From contig OX597817.1 of the NCBI GenBank assembly GCA_951406725.2, positions 29,326,001-29,390,000 on the forward strand: a stretch of DNA of 64,000 nt, given 5' to 3'. The notes below the pieces were generated by a model, which made no database searches, was not told where the DNA came from, and saw only the letters and a program-made list of their open reading frames with translations. How positions within the stretch are numbered: the first letter of the stretch is position 1; each line of letters starts with the position of its first letter. Of this stretch, positions 38,870-52,000 are shown one piece after another. Source of the stretch: Octopus vulgaris. Taxonomy: Eukaryota. Position numbers and translations under genes: made by a program.

Positions 38870-39770
38870 AAACAAGCAAGTGTATTAGATGCTTGGAAAA
38901 ATGAAAAAATTTAAAAAAACCCTTATATTTTGAGCCTACGCTCTTCAACAGAAAGTAATAAGAGAAAATATACAGAGAGAGAAGGAAAATGCAACTTGAA
39001 GATATAGCAATCAAGCATGGCGAATGATTAGAAAGAAGTTTGAAAGAAGAGATTGAAAGAAAGGGAGATAATAAAGTGCTGGTGATCCCAAATGAAGGTG
39101 CATGTGTAAGTGAGAATGGTGTGTGTGAATGTGTGAGTGCGTGTGTGTGAATAGGGCTTAGTGGCTCTGATGTGTGTGAGTATGTGCATATGCAAGTGTA
39201 TGCATCTGTAACTTGTGTGTGCATGTGTGTGTTGTATGTAGCAGTTACGGTGTGCTTTTTCATGTGGTGTGTGTACATGTGTGTGTGCATGTGTGTGTCT
39301 GTGACTAAACAGAGTGCATGTGTATGGTGTATATATGGGGGGCCTAAGTTAACTTTGTCTATGTATGTAGTGTGTGTTAATGCATGTTGTGTGTATGTAT
39401 ATATAGCCTGTATTCAGGTATTATGTGCTTGTGTGGGTGTTAGAGTGAGCATGATGGTGTATGGTGTGTCGTGTGTATGCTGCAAGGTGGTCAGTGCTAG
39501 TGTGTGTGGAGTTATGTGGTGTGATGGTATGGAGTGTGGTGTGGGGGTGGGTTGGCATAGTATCAATGAAGAAAGGAGAGGAGGTAGGTGTCAGATGAAG
39601 AGAGGGAGAAGTAGAACCCATGTGAGTACAAAAGAGCAAACAGAGGATTTATTCCTGTTCACAGTGAAGGTGGGAGTCTGGATGGCTCCTGTGTAAAGAC
39701 ACATTGAACACAGACAGATGTTGTAGTGAATGACTGGTAGAGTGGAAATAGCACAAGACATGGGGTGTCA
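38870..39770 (-). mobile_element. Penelope-like element 3' end: GIY-YIG C-terminal relic plus UTR with degenerate hammerhead
   Basis: Minus 39770-39600: NDTP..(frameshift)YFHSTSHSLQHLSVF..LHRSHPDSHLHCEQE*IL, resembling the PLE endonuclease tail HF.S..HS..L.V...EQ.LI; 38920-38955 minus: cttt-CTGTTGA-a-gagc(gtag)gctc-AAAA-ta-TA-aggg. Confidence 0.6.
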
Positions 39771-40044
39771 TTATATATATATATATATATATCAAATGTG
39801 AGGATAAAATTTTTTTCGAAAAAAATATATTTTCTCGAAAAAAATTTTATCATTGGCCAGCATATTAAAAAATAGCTTTAATGGTTAAATTTATAAACAA
39901 TTCATAAATGAGGGCAAAGGAAAAAATCTCTAATGCCAAATATGCCGAAAAATTGGACATATTATCCATTAACCATATAATTTTTTCACAATACGCACAC
40001 TACTCAAAAAAAGGTCGAAAGAAATTTCTAAAAAATTCCATTAT

Positions 40045-40102
40045 TACCATATCGGACCGATTTCAGAATTAGCTACTAAGAGCCCTCTCTTCGTCAGTGA
40101 TA
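40045..40102 (-). ncRNA. Type I hammerhead ribozyme
   Basis: Minus strand tatca-CTGACGA-agag...ttct-GAAA-tcg(gtc)cga-TA-tggta. Confidence 0.8.
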
Positions 40103-40890
40103 CATGTGGCAAAAGAAATAAATGAGATACTTACTCGCACCCATGGAAGAAGCAAATACTAAGTCATGGGCACAACTAAGTACCCCAAATACATCCAAAA
40201 TAGAAATACTCTAGCCCATTTGAGGCACGTGCGATTTGAACTGAGACTCTCACAGAGTGAGTTAGTTAGTTCGGAAGTGAACGCGTAAATTTATATCAAA
40301 TGTGAGGATAAAATTCTTTTCCAAAAAAAATATATTTTCTCGAAAAAATTTTTATCAATGGCCAGCATATTAAAAAATATCTTTACCGGTTAAATTTATA
40401 AACAATTCTTAGTAGCTAACTCTGAAATCGGTCCGATATGGTAATAATGGAATTTTTTAGAAATTTCTGTCGACCTTTTTTCGAGTAGCGTGCGTATTGT
40501 GAAAAAATTATATGGTTAATGGACAATATGTCCAATTTTTTGGCATATTTGGCATTAGAAATTTTTTCCTTTGCCCTCATTTATGAATTGTTTATAAATT
40601 TAACCGTTAAAGGTATTTTTTAATATGCTGGCCATTGATAAAATTTTTTTCAAGAAAATATATTTTTTTTCGAAAAGAATTTTATCCTCACATTTGATAT
40701 AAATTTACACGTTCGCTTCCGAACTAACTAAATCACTCTGTGAGAGTCTCAGTTCAAATCGCACGTGCCTCGAATGGGCTGGAGTATTTCTATTTTGGAT
40801 GTATTTGGGGTACTTAGTTGTGCCCATGACATAGTATTTGCTTCTTCCATGGGTGCGAGTAAGTATCTCATTTATTTCTTTTGCCACATG

Positions 40891-40948
40891 TATCACTGAC
40901 GAAGAGAGGGCTCTTAGTAGCTAACTCTGAAATCGGTCCGATATGGTA
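40891..40948 (+). ncRNA. Type I hammerhead ribozyme
   Basis: tatca-CTGACGA(40896-40902)-agag...ctct-GAAA(40929-40932)-tcg(gtc)cga-TA-tggta; predicted cleavage after A40943 (AUA). Confidence 0.82.
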
Positions 40949-41131
40949 ATAATGGAATTTTTTTAGAAATTTCTGTTGACCTTTTTTCGAGTAGCGTGCG
41001 TATTGTGAAAAATTTATACAGTTAATGGACAATATGTCCAATTTTATGGCATATTTGGCATTAGAAATTTTTTCCTTTGCCTTCATTTATGAATTATATA
41101 TATATATATATATATATTTCCAAGTAAGTTT

Positions 41132-41167
<36 letters not shown>

Positions 41168-41257
41168 TATATATATAAAATACACAAACATATATGGATG
41201 CATACGCACACACATATATAAATACGCACATACATATATATATATGTATAAAATGTA

Positions 41258-41410
41258 GGTGTGGCTGTTTGGTAAGAGGTTTGCTTCCCAACTACATGGT
41301 TTCTTGTTCAGTCCCACTGTGAGGAACCTTGGGCAAGTGTCTTCTATAACCTTGTGCCAACCTAGGCCTTGTGAGTGGATTTGGTACACAGCAACTGAAA
41401 GAAGCCTGCT
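41258..41410 (+). mobile_element. SINE family A 5' half, diverged
   Basis: Head and CORE-like block. Confidence 0.75.
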
Positions 41411-42501
41411 CATCTAGAAACACACACATGCATACATACATACATAAGTGCATAATTTTTGGGGGCTAATGGGTCTAAGTCAATTAGTATGTTGAGTGAT
41501 TCATTCACAAACTTTCATACAAGAACATTCACTAAAAGCTTCTTAAGAGAATACAAAATCACAATAATTTCAATGTTATGATTAGCAAAAGTGAAACTGG
41601 TTGACAACGACAATACTCTTTCAATCAAGATATATTAAAACTATGTAAACTGTATGCATTTTCTTTCTTTTATTATATATATGTACATTTTTGCATTACA
41701 ACTTACCATGTGGGGATAATTGAAATTCTTTTCCTCCCTTTTCTCACTATATATATGTATGTACATATATATAGCAATGTAACTGCACATGTACAGTTGG
41801 CGATTTCTTTTCCTTCTTTGGACTTTTTCCTTTCTCCTTTCCAACTAAGAGCTATACTTGAAATGTCAAAATCTCACCTTTTTACTCCTTGTGCATGTCC
41901 TCTTGTCTGTTATTGTTAATTTTATAGTTCTTTCATTTGAATTGACTATATATATACATACACACACACACGCACACACACACATATATATATATGTAAA
42001 TATTGAATGATTAAAATGAGTGCTGAACACCGCATTGGTTGATATAATCTCTTTATTTTTTAATTAAGGCTACCTTTGATTTCACTTTATGAAAAGTAGG
42101 AAAATATCCTTGTGTCTTAACAATTTTTCAAGCCAATCACATGGAGAAAGGTGTCCACCTCCATTTTGGAAAACAGTGTGTGTGTGCAGGTGCATGTTTA
42201 TATATATTTGTATAAATAAATATAGGTACATGTATATGCAAAAAGGTTAAGAAATGTCCCATAATGGTGTCCTGAAAAAAAAGCACCCAGTATATGCTGT
42301 AATTTGGGTGGTGATAAGAACGACATATTGCTGTAGGAACCAATCCACAAATGAAACTCATGAGACATTGTCTTCTAATCTGTTTAGGTAATCATTAACC
42401 TTGAATATGTCCAGACTCAAATTGTGGTAAACCAGCTAACCCATGCCTGTTTCAAAAGTGAATGTAAAACTACACACACACACATTATATATATATATAT
42501 A

Positions 42502-42912
42502 GGTGTAGGAGTGGCTGTGTGGTAAGTAGCTTGCTTACCAACCACATGGTTCTGGGTTCAGTCCCACTGCGTGGCACTTTGGGTAAGTGTCTTCTACTAT
42601 AGCCTCGGGCCGACCAAAACCTTGTGAGTGGATTTGGTAGACAGAAACTGAAAGAAGCCCGTCGTATATATATATAATATATATATATATATATAATATA
42701 TATGTGTGTGTGTGTATTTGTGTGTCTGTGTTTGTCACCCCAACATCGCTTGACAACCGATGCTGGTGTGTTTACGTCCCCGTAACTTAGCGGTAAAAGA
42801 GACCGATAGAATAAGTACTAGGCTTACAAAGAATAAGTCCTGGGGTCGATTTGCTCGACTAAAGGCGGTGCTCCAGCATGGCCACTGTCAAATGACTGAA
42901 ACAAGTAAAAGA
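42502..42912 (+). mobile_element. SINE family A, full length
   Basis: Head to gtaaaagag tail. Confidence 0.92.
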
Positions 42913-42975
<63 letters not shown>

Positions 42976-43016
42976 TAGATAGATAGATACATACATACAT
43001 ACATACATACATACAA

Positions 43017-43188
43017 GGTGCAGGAGTGGCTGTGTGGTAAGTAGCTTGTCTACCAACCACATGGTTCCGGGTTCACTCACACTGCATGGCACCTTGGGCA
43101 AGTGTCTTCTACTATAGCCTCGGGCCAACCAAAGCCTTGTGAGTGGATTTGGTAGATGGAAACTGAAAGAAGATCGTTGTATATATGC

Positions 43189-43224
<36 letters not shown>

Positions 43225-43432
43225 TTGTGTGTCTGTGTTTGTCCCCTGGCATTGCTTGGCAACCGATGCTGGTCTGTTTATGTCCCTGTTACTTAGCGGT
43301 TTGGCAAAAGAGACCAATAGAATAAGTACTGGGCTTACAAAAGAATAAGTCCCGGGGTTGAGTTGCTTGACTAAAGGCGGTGCTCCAGCATGGCCGCAGT
43401 CAAATGACTGAAACAAGTAAAAGAGTAAAGAG
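43017..43432 (+). mobile_element. SINE family A, full length
   Basis: Head to tail. Confidence 0.92.
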
Positions 43433-44406
43433 TATACACACACACACACACATACACGCATTGACAGAAAGGTGTACATGTACTTAATATCCAGTGCTGT
43501 TTATGTGTAGTGATATGTGGATATATTTTGATATTATGAAGTTATGTTTGTATGTAAGTATTTGCTTTTGTATTTTGTGGCATCAAAGGAAATCAGACAT
43601 TTGATCAGAGAATCAATGAAAAGTGATGATAGTAGAAAAATTCTCAAAGAATAACAACAATCAAAAAAGAAAATGAAAAAAAGAAACAGAGGGAGAGAGA
43701 AAGAAAAAATGAAAAGAAATGAAGCAGAACTAAGAAGTTGAGAAGATGGTCAAAAGGTCAGCTACAAAGATGTTTTAGGAACGGGTCTCTGAATGCGCTT
43801 CATGAATTTGTACTGATATCAGCTCATGTACTTGAATTCCGAGATGTAGAGTGCAATTATCTGAGTTTCTGAAAGTCTATCATTATACACATGGCAGTGT
43901 CTGCAAAAAGGAACATTTTCTTTTTTTCTGTATATGCTCCTGTCAAAAGATGCATGGAGACTTTATATCTCTCTTTTCTTTTTTTCCTTTTAAAACTGTA
44001 TTTACCAGTGTAGTTCCACAAGCAAGAATGATATGTACAAAAATAACCAGTGTTGTTGATATACGCGAAAATTGACAGGAATAGAACAGGAACTATTTAA
44101 ATATACAAAATCTCACTACATTTTTTTTTGTCAATGCCAATGTTCTCAGGAAAATCTTTCTATTCAAACTACTAAGGGAACTTCTACGCTAAAATAGCAG
44201 TCAAATATACCTCAAATGAATCACACAGCACTTTAGGCATTGCAATGTGGTCAATTCTCTGTCATGTGATTTTTGATTGAGCCCTACTGCATGGTCACCT
44301 TAGCCTCCAGGCAGATCTGGACTGACCAAAGTCTTGTGAATGGCTTTGGTAAATGAAGACTGATCAACACCCATTATAAGAACAAATATATATATATATA
44401 TATATA

Positions 44407-45930
44407 TTGGGTTGTCTGGAAAGTTCCTGCCGATTTTTAAAGGAAAGAAAAAGGTCAATAAATACTTGCCATTACATTGTTAATCAACCAAATATGAACC
44501 ATTTTGTAGCACAATGTGTCTCCATCTTTCCTTTAACTTGAAAATACCCTCTTCCCAGAGTTGGTTTCATGGCAAAAAATTCATCAAGGTATCTTTTTAC
44601 GTCATCCAAGGAATTGAAATTTTTACCATTAAGACTATTCTGCAGAGACCTGAATAAGTGGAAATCCGAAGGAGCAATATCTGGTGAATATGGAGGGTGG
44701 GGTAACACACCCCAGCCGAGCTGCAGCAATTTTTGTCTGGTTCCCAAAGAAACATGTGGTCTTGCATTATCATGTTAGAAAACAACAGCCTTCCTGTCGG
44801 CCAATTCTGAATGTTTCTCTTGAATTGCTGCTTTTAACTCGTCCAGTTATGTGCAGTATTTCTCAGAATTAAATGTCTGGTTACTTAGGAGAAGCTCATA
44901 GTACAGAATTCCTTTCCAATCCCACCAGACACAAAGCAAGATATTTTTAGGGTGAAGATCCGCTTTTGGGGTGACTAAAAGTGGCTCATGTCGCTTACTC
45001 CAGGATCGCTTTCTCGGAACATTTCGGTTGATAATCCATTTCTCATCACCTGTCACAATTTGCTTTAAAAAAGGCGCGTTTTCATTCCGTTTATAAAGCA
45101 AATCACAGATGGAAATGTGATCCAAATGGTTCTTCTCACTCAACTCATGTGGTGCCCAAACATCATAGCAATTTGTGAACCCATGCTTTACCAGGTGCTC
45201 TTGAATGACGAATTTTTGATAGGTTGAGACTTTCTGCCAATTCTCAGGTTGTGCAATGTGGGTTATTCTCAGTTAATGACTTGATTTGGTCATCATCTGT
45301 AGTGGATGGTCAGCCTGATCACTCTTTATCAATAAGCTACAATCTCCAGCTTGGAATCTTGTAAACCACATCCGTACAGTTCTTTTGGATAAAAAAACCC
45401 ATTCTATCATCATCATCATCATTTAGCGTCCGCTTTCCATGCTGGCATGGGTTGGACGGTGCAACTGGGGTCTGGGAAGCCAGAAGGCTGCACCAGGCCC
45501 AATCTGATCTAGCAATGTTTCTACAGCTGGATGCCCTTCCTAATGCCAACCACTCCATGAGTGTAGTGGGTGCTTTTTACGTGCCACCGGCACAGGTGCC
45601 AGACGAGGCTGGCAAACGGCCATGATTGGATGGTGCTTTTTACGTACCACCGGCACGGAGGCCAGGCAAGGCTGGCAATGACCACGATCGGATGGTGCTT
45701 TTTACCTGCTACCGGCATGGAAGCCAGTTGGGGCAGCGCTGGCAATGGCCACGTTTGGATAGTTCTCTTATGTGCCACCGGCACTCGCATATTTCTTTGG
45801 TTGCTTGTGAGGCATTTTTCACTTTACGGAAAAAGAAAAGCATCAAGTGCCAAAAATGAACTTTCTTATCTTCCATTTTAAAGGGTTACAGAATTAACAC
45901 AGGTTATAGGAACATAAACCTTCTTCCATG
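44407..45930 (-). mobile_element. Mariner (DD34D) DNA transposon; defective transposase 45876->44480, interrupted by an RTE 3' end at 45406-45786
   Basis: MEDKKVHFWHLMLFFFRK, WAPHEL, IVTGDEKWI, F*HDNARPH, HPPYSPDIAPSDFHLF, QNGSYLVD*; candidate 3' TIR ttgggttgtctggaaagttcctgccgatttt next to TA; 5' TIR not found. Confidence 0.93.
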
Positions 45931-46580
45931 AAATCTGTGTATGGAACCATGTGAAAACACTCAGTGATGTGCTTTTGTCGTGTGGAGGGATTGGCAAATT
46001 AAGAAGAGATGATATTAGCTAGAGAGGACATGTTAGTCTTGTTAGAAGCAAAACAACCTCTAAAGTACAGGTGACTTTATTAAATGTATCCAATACACTC
46101 TGTAAAGTGGGTGGTCCAAGGAAGGGTCATAGAAACTGGGCCAAAATTGAGATACTTGTCCAGCATGTCCTCTGAAATGTCGGATTCTGTTGTGTCATCA
46201 TCCAGCACATGCCTAAATAGTAAATGAATGTAAAATGATGAAGATGATGCAATATGTATATACACACGCACATACATACGTATATAGGTATGTATGTTTG
46301 CATGTATGTGTGTGTGTGTCTATATATATATTTATACACATGTATCTATATACATATGTATGTATATATATGCATATAAAAGGCTGTAATATATACACAT
46401 AAATAAATATAAACATATATACACATATAAATACAAATATATATATGTGTAAATAAATGTATTTGCACAGGATATGTGTATTAGCAAAGCTATCATAATC
46501 TGTCACTGTCTGTCTGTCTGCCTTTTTTCTCTTTGTTGATGTCTGTTTATTCACATTCAGGCATGTGTATGCACAAATAT

Positions 46581-46586
<6 letters not shown>

Positions 46587-46678
<92 letters not shown>

Positions 46679-46691
46679 TGTGTGTGTGTGT
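46587..46691. repeat. (TG)n microsatellite, ~100 bp
   Basis: Direct reading. Confidence 0.95.
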
Positions 46692-47604
46692 ATAGATTTG
46701 TTAGTCCATCTGTCAGAGCTTCTAATTCTGTCCCCGCATTGATACATATACAAGTTTGGCAAGGGTATAAAATAGCGATCATTTAATAGATTAACAGTGT
46801 TGTTACTACTGTCAGTATGTGTGATCCAACAATCCGTCATGGTAACATAAATGTTTGCCAGACACCAAAGTATTGCAGACAAGAAGAGTAAGAGATATTG
46901 AATTATATATGGCTTATTTTGAGAAGTCAATTTAAGATTGAAAATAAAAGATTCTAGCAAGGGAAGTCAATATGGAAAATTGATGTTTGTCTGCGCAGGA
47001 TTGTCTAAAGTGAATTATTCTGTCATTCATATCTTTATTCCTACATTTTAAAACTTATCTGTCATCTTGATTTTGCAGATCACCAGCCAAATTTTATTTC
47101 ATTTATTTATTTATTTTTAAATATTTCTTTACCTTTGATCTTTCTTAATCAGAATTCTCTAAGATTACTAACCAACAATAACAACAACATCATCCTGAAT
47201 AATTAAACTGGTAATGTAGGAAAGCTTGAGCAGCTTCGGAGAAAATATATAGATATTGTCTTGACTGATACTTAGTCATCAATCATAAGAAACAATGCCT
47301 ATATCAGGCAAGAAAACAAATACTGGTATTTAGTTGTTCTGAGTTTCAAATTATGTCTAAACTATAATGGTTTCTATTCCTTGGAGGTGGCTGGCCTCAT
47401 ACCTACACTAATCAAGCATTTCTGTTCTGCCCATCCCTCTGCATTTCATCGCTTTTGTTGTGTCCAGCTCTCTAGGCCACATACTAACCACCAATCCCAG
47501 TCCTTCCTCTTCAGAATATCATCCCTCTGGAGTTTTCTCCCACTTCAAGTTTTTTCTGTAGGTGTTAACTGTAACAGTTTAACTGGAACCTTTATGGCAT
47601 TTGT

Positions 47605-47865
47605 AGAGGTGTGTGGCTTAATGGTTAGGGTGTCAGCATCATGATTGTATGATTGTGGTTTCAATTCCTGGACCGGGTGACTCGTTGTGTTCTTGAGCAA
47701 AACACTTCATTTCACATTGCTCCAGTCCACTCAGCTGGCAAAAATGAATAACGGTGCAATGGACTGGCGTCCCATCCAGCTTGGAAACATATACACCATG
47801 GAAACTGGGAAACCGGGCCCATGAGCTTGGCTAGGCTTTAAAAAGGCGCATTTATTTATTTTATT
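47605..47865 (+). mobile_element. tRNA-headed SINE with CORE-like and V-like blocks
   Basis: tggcttaatggttagg head; ttgtgttcttgagcaaaacac; atggactggcgtcccatccag; tail shared with 54183-54490. Confidence 0.75.
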
Positions 47866-48708
47866 TTTTATGGCATTAAGTTCTATGATTATGAAGGACC
47901 TCCAAATGTCATGGACACTACCCTTTCCTTTAGATTCCCCAAGTAAAACAAACAAAAAATGGATGACAAGACCTAAGTTCCTGTTTTTTTGTTTTTTTTT
48001 ACAAGAAAAAATCTTGGAAAAGAAAGTTATCTAGAAATATGTGACAGTTACAGAATTCTTAAGGTGAGTTTATAGAATGTTGAATAATGTAATTGTCATG
48101 AGGAATAACACTTTAATGTCTCAGGACTTTTCTGTCTTTGACAGAAAGTTTTCCATCAGTGGTTTAGTCTAGAAGAAAGTGCTGTGTATTTGGACATTGC
48201 AAACTTTTGGCAACCATTTAGTTGATGTTTTTAATATTCTTGAACATTTGCAAGACAATGGTCCTATGGCAAAACATGTAAATAAAGGGAATTCCAATAT
48301 CAATATCATCGGGAGAAAGGAATGTTTAGTGCAAAGAATGATGGCAGTAATACACAATGGGGTTTACAAGACAAATAAAGATGAGTTAGGAATGCCTGAG
48401 GGGAAGTGATACCAGTTAGCTTCGAGGGGTAGAGGCTCCTATAGAGGTTGCTGAAAGTCTAATAGAAGGGACAACATGTCTGTGTGTCAAAACTTAACGT
48501 GTTTTTTGTGAGTGATTTCATTCCAATCTATTGAATGACCTTTCAGTGGATTCTGTGTAGGAAGTTTATGTCCGTAGTACAGTGTGATCCCAGAAAGGGA
48601 GTAATATTTCATTGTGGGTTCCATCCGAATTTTGGAAAGGATTGGCTGTGTTTTGTCAGATGGGATGTTGTTATCATGATAAATGTTATTATTGGAGGAA
48701 GTATTTAA

Positions 48709-48928
48709 CCCTTTCATTACTGTATTTATTTTGAGATACTCTGTGCTTATTTCAATTACTTTAAATATAACAAAGAATTTAGTAAAATAACTTGGTTATC
48801 ATTCAGCTAGTGTTAGGAACATAAATTGTGACTAAGGTTTGGTAGAAGATTTTAATTCAAAACTTATGGAAACAAGACATTTGTACTCAGAGCCAGATGC
48901 AGTTTCAGCCGGGTTGGTAACAAAAGGG
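48709..48928 (-). mobile_element. piggyBac-type MITE, 220 bp
   Basis: TTAA TSDs, CCCTTT/AAAGGG ends; reverse complement of the 33157 and 62015 copies. Confidence 0.88.
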
Positions 48929-49477
48929 TTAAGTTCTCTGTTTGTAGAGGTAAGCACAGATAACAAGATAAGTCTTTAGGTTGATGATGCTTGGATGCAG
49001 AGAGTTAAGGAGGAATGAAGACTGGTATCATCTGCATAGAAGTGAGAATGTTGGATGTGACAGCAAGTAGAATGTTGATTTATACAAGTAAGAGTGTGAG
49101 AATAAAACCAGACACTGAGACACACCAGGGTTGATAGACTTTGGGTTAGACAGAGAAACACCAGCACATGCCATGATGGTGTGTTTTGAGAGGGAGCTAT
49201 CAATCCCAGAGAATCAAGGATCCTATTACTACAAGGCATTACCTGAAAATTAATAAGCTGAATACAATTAGAAACTTTGCTGATGTCAAAAAAAACCCCT
49301 CCCCTTTTCATCAAAATCTCAAGAGTAAAAAACTACGAAGGAGAGTAGGTTCTCAGTAGATTTGGATTTTCAAAAGCTGTGATAAGTCTTCTTAAGGAGA
49401 GGGTAAGTTTCGAGGTGTTAAAGAAGTTTGTTGTTAATGATTGCCACTTCGAAGTGAATCCAATAATACGGCAGTTA

Positions 49478-49945
49478 CTCTCTTTTACTTGTTTCAGTCA
49501 TCTGACTGTGGCCATGCTGGAGCACCGCCTTCAGTCGAGCAAATCGACCCCAGAACTTATTCTTTGTAAGCCAAGTACTTATTCTATCGGTCTCTTTTAC
49601 CGAACCGTTAAATTAAAGGGATGTAAACACACGAAAATCAGGTGTCAAGCGACGTTGGTGGTGGTGGTGGGGGGACAAACACAGACACACAAACATACAC
49701 ACACATACATATTACTCTTTTACTTGTTTCAGTCATTTGACTGTGGCCATGCTGGAGCACCGCCTATAATCAAGCATCTCGATCCTGGGACTTATTCTTT
49801 TGTAAGCCAAGTACTATTCTATCGGTCTCTTTTGCCGAACTGCTAAATTAAAGGGATGTAAACACACCAGCATCGGTTGTCAAGCGATGTTGGTGAGGGG
49901 GTGGGACAAACACAGACACACAAACATATACACACACATACATAT
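49478..49945 (-). mobile_element. Two tandem SINE A 3' halves
   Basis: Two tails at ~49478 and ~49714. Confidence 0.85.
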
Positions 49946-50234
49946 TACTCTTTTACACATACATATTATTCTTTTTATAGATTAGATGATGGTCTTCCAG
50001 AAGTTGCTTTGCTGTGTAAGGATGGTTTATTGGGATAGGTGATATTTTTCTCCAAGCCCTTATGACTATGTTTTTTGTCTGAACGCTTCAGTGCAGCCAT
50101 GAATAAACAACTTGAGACACTTATACTATGAACATATGGGACATGTAGGGACATGCTTAAGGAGATGGTTTTAATCAGCTGTTAAATTGTTTCTGAAGAA
50201 TAAAGGAGTAAAATACATGTATTGTCAGATGTAG

Positions 50235-50450
50235 TTAGCGTCTTCCAGCAGTGACCCTCTTGACCTAGGGCAGCACTGCCTCTTCCAGGCAGTTTGTTTA
50301 GGCCTCCGTATTGAGTCTGAGCCTGTGTGGGAAGATGAATGGAGGCATAACTAGCGATCACTCTTAATACCATGATGTTGACTGGATGATTGATTTTTAT
50401 CACTCTCGGTTCATGTTTTCGGGACACGGCAAGCCAACGGTTGTTGGTAG
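50235..50450 (-). pseudogene. Tc1/mariner-superfamily (maT/DD37D-like) transposase fragment
   Basis: NNRWLAVSRKHEPRVIKINHPVNIMVLRVIAS/(frameshift)MPPFIFPHRLRLNTEA*TNCLEEAVLP*VKRVTAGR. Confidence 0.65.
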
Positions 50451-51011
50451 AACTCCAAACTAGTTACCTTAGATGAAAATAACAAATAGGTGCAGAGATG
50501 ATGTAGAAGACAAAGAATTTATTTAGGGAGTGGACAGTAAGTGAATTCAATTCCTCACATCAGTGGATTACTCAATATTTCTTGAACCCTCATTTTTTGA
50601 TTTACTGATGCTAATGACAACATTCACTAGTTTACTGGAAATCTGCACTCTGAGTTCAAATACTGTTAAGCTCAGCTTTGCCTTTCCTTTTTTCTACAGT
50701 CAATAAAAAAGTACCAATCCAGTGAATTGAAGGAACTAGATGAATATCAAATAGAATACCTTGCAGTTTCTTCTGATTCTGAGCATTCTGATTTCAAATC
50801 CTATCATGGGCTACTTGAGTGGTAGACTTAAAAGTATGTTACCCTAATTAGTACATCTCCATCCCCAGCACTTGGGACATTTTTAATGGTGACTGCTCTA
50901 TTGCAAGCATTTGAGCTAGATCTCTGGTTTGAGAATAAATGTCTTCTCCACTCCCACCAGTGCTGGATGTCTCAAAATGGATCATTTCCACCAAAGAGTG
51001 AAAAAGGGTTC

Positions 51012-51421
51012 TTTTACTCTTTTACTTGTTTCAGTTGCTTGACTGTGGCCATGCTGGGGCACTGCATTTAGTTGAGCAAATTGACCCCAGGACTTATTCT
51101 TTGTAAGCCTAGTACTTATTCTATCGGTCTCTTGCCAAACCGCTAAGTTACGGGGATGTAAACATACCAGCATCGATTGTCAAGTGACGTTGGGGGGACA
51201 AACACAGACACACAAACATATACACGCACATATACATACATATATATATATATATACATATATACGACAGGCTTCTTTCAGAGACTGTCTACCAAATCCA
51301 CTCACAAAGCTTTGGTCGGCCTGAGGCTATAGTAGAAGACACTTGTCCAAGGTGCCACGCAGTGGGACTGAACCCGGAACCATGTGGTTCATAAGCAAGC
51401 TACTTAGCACACAGCCACTCC
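51012..51421 (-). mobile_element. SINE family A, full length
   Basis: Reverse complement of family A. Confidence 0.9.
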
Positions 51422-52000
51422 TTCCTTAAAAAATTTTAAAACGTCAAAAAATTTTACTTTCATGTGATGTAGTTTTATCATTTTCTTATAAATTAGTCTT
51501 ATAATCAGAGGTAAAATGAAGCTCCACAGCTTTCTCAAGCTGTTATAATCAAGAAGAGAACAGTAAGTAGGTACGTTTGCTATAGTTAATGTTCAAATGA
51601 GAATCCAATAAAGGATTTGATGGAGAAAGTAAAGAAAATTGAGGTATACTTCCAGAAGTAGGCAGGTCTGATTAAGAAATGTGGCAGAGTAAGTGTAGAA
51701 GAAAGAGGAGTGAGCGAAAAATAAGGGATCAGACAGAAGTGGTTCACAGTAAGCTCAAAACCATATGGATAATTGTAGCAGTAGAAGGGATAATTTTGAA
51801 GTTCACTTTGTTAATTATGTGCTTCCGGGTTTGGTTTTACTGTGCAGTACCTTGGATCAGCATTTCCTATCATAGTCTTGGATTAGCTGAGGCCTTGTTG
51901 GTGGAATTTGATAGATTAAAGCTGTGCAGGAGCTCATAATAAATGCCTGTGAGTATGTGGATGTTCATATGTACATATATGTCTGTGTATTTGTGTATGT

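Larger units (their letters stand above)
39791..41095. mobile_element. ~504-bp hammerhead-bearing non-coding unit in tandem and inverted arrangement (retrozyme/PLE pLTR-like)
   Basis: Unit 39791-40294, restart 40295-40408, then an inverted run 40407-41095 crossing the same unit junction at ~40698; (TA)n on both sides. Confidence 0.85.
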
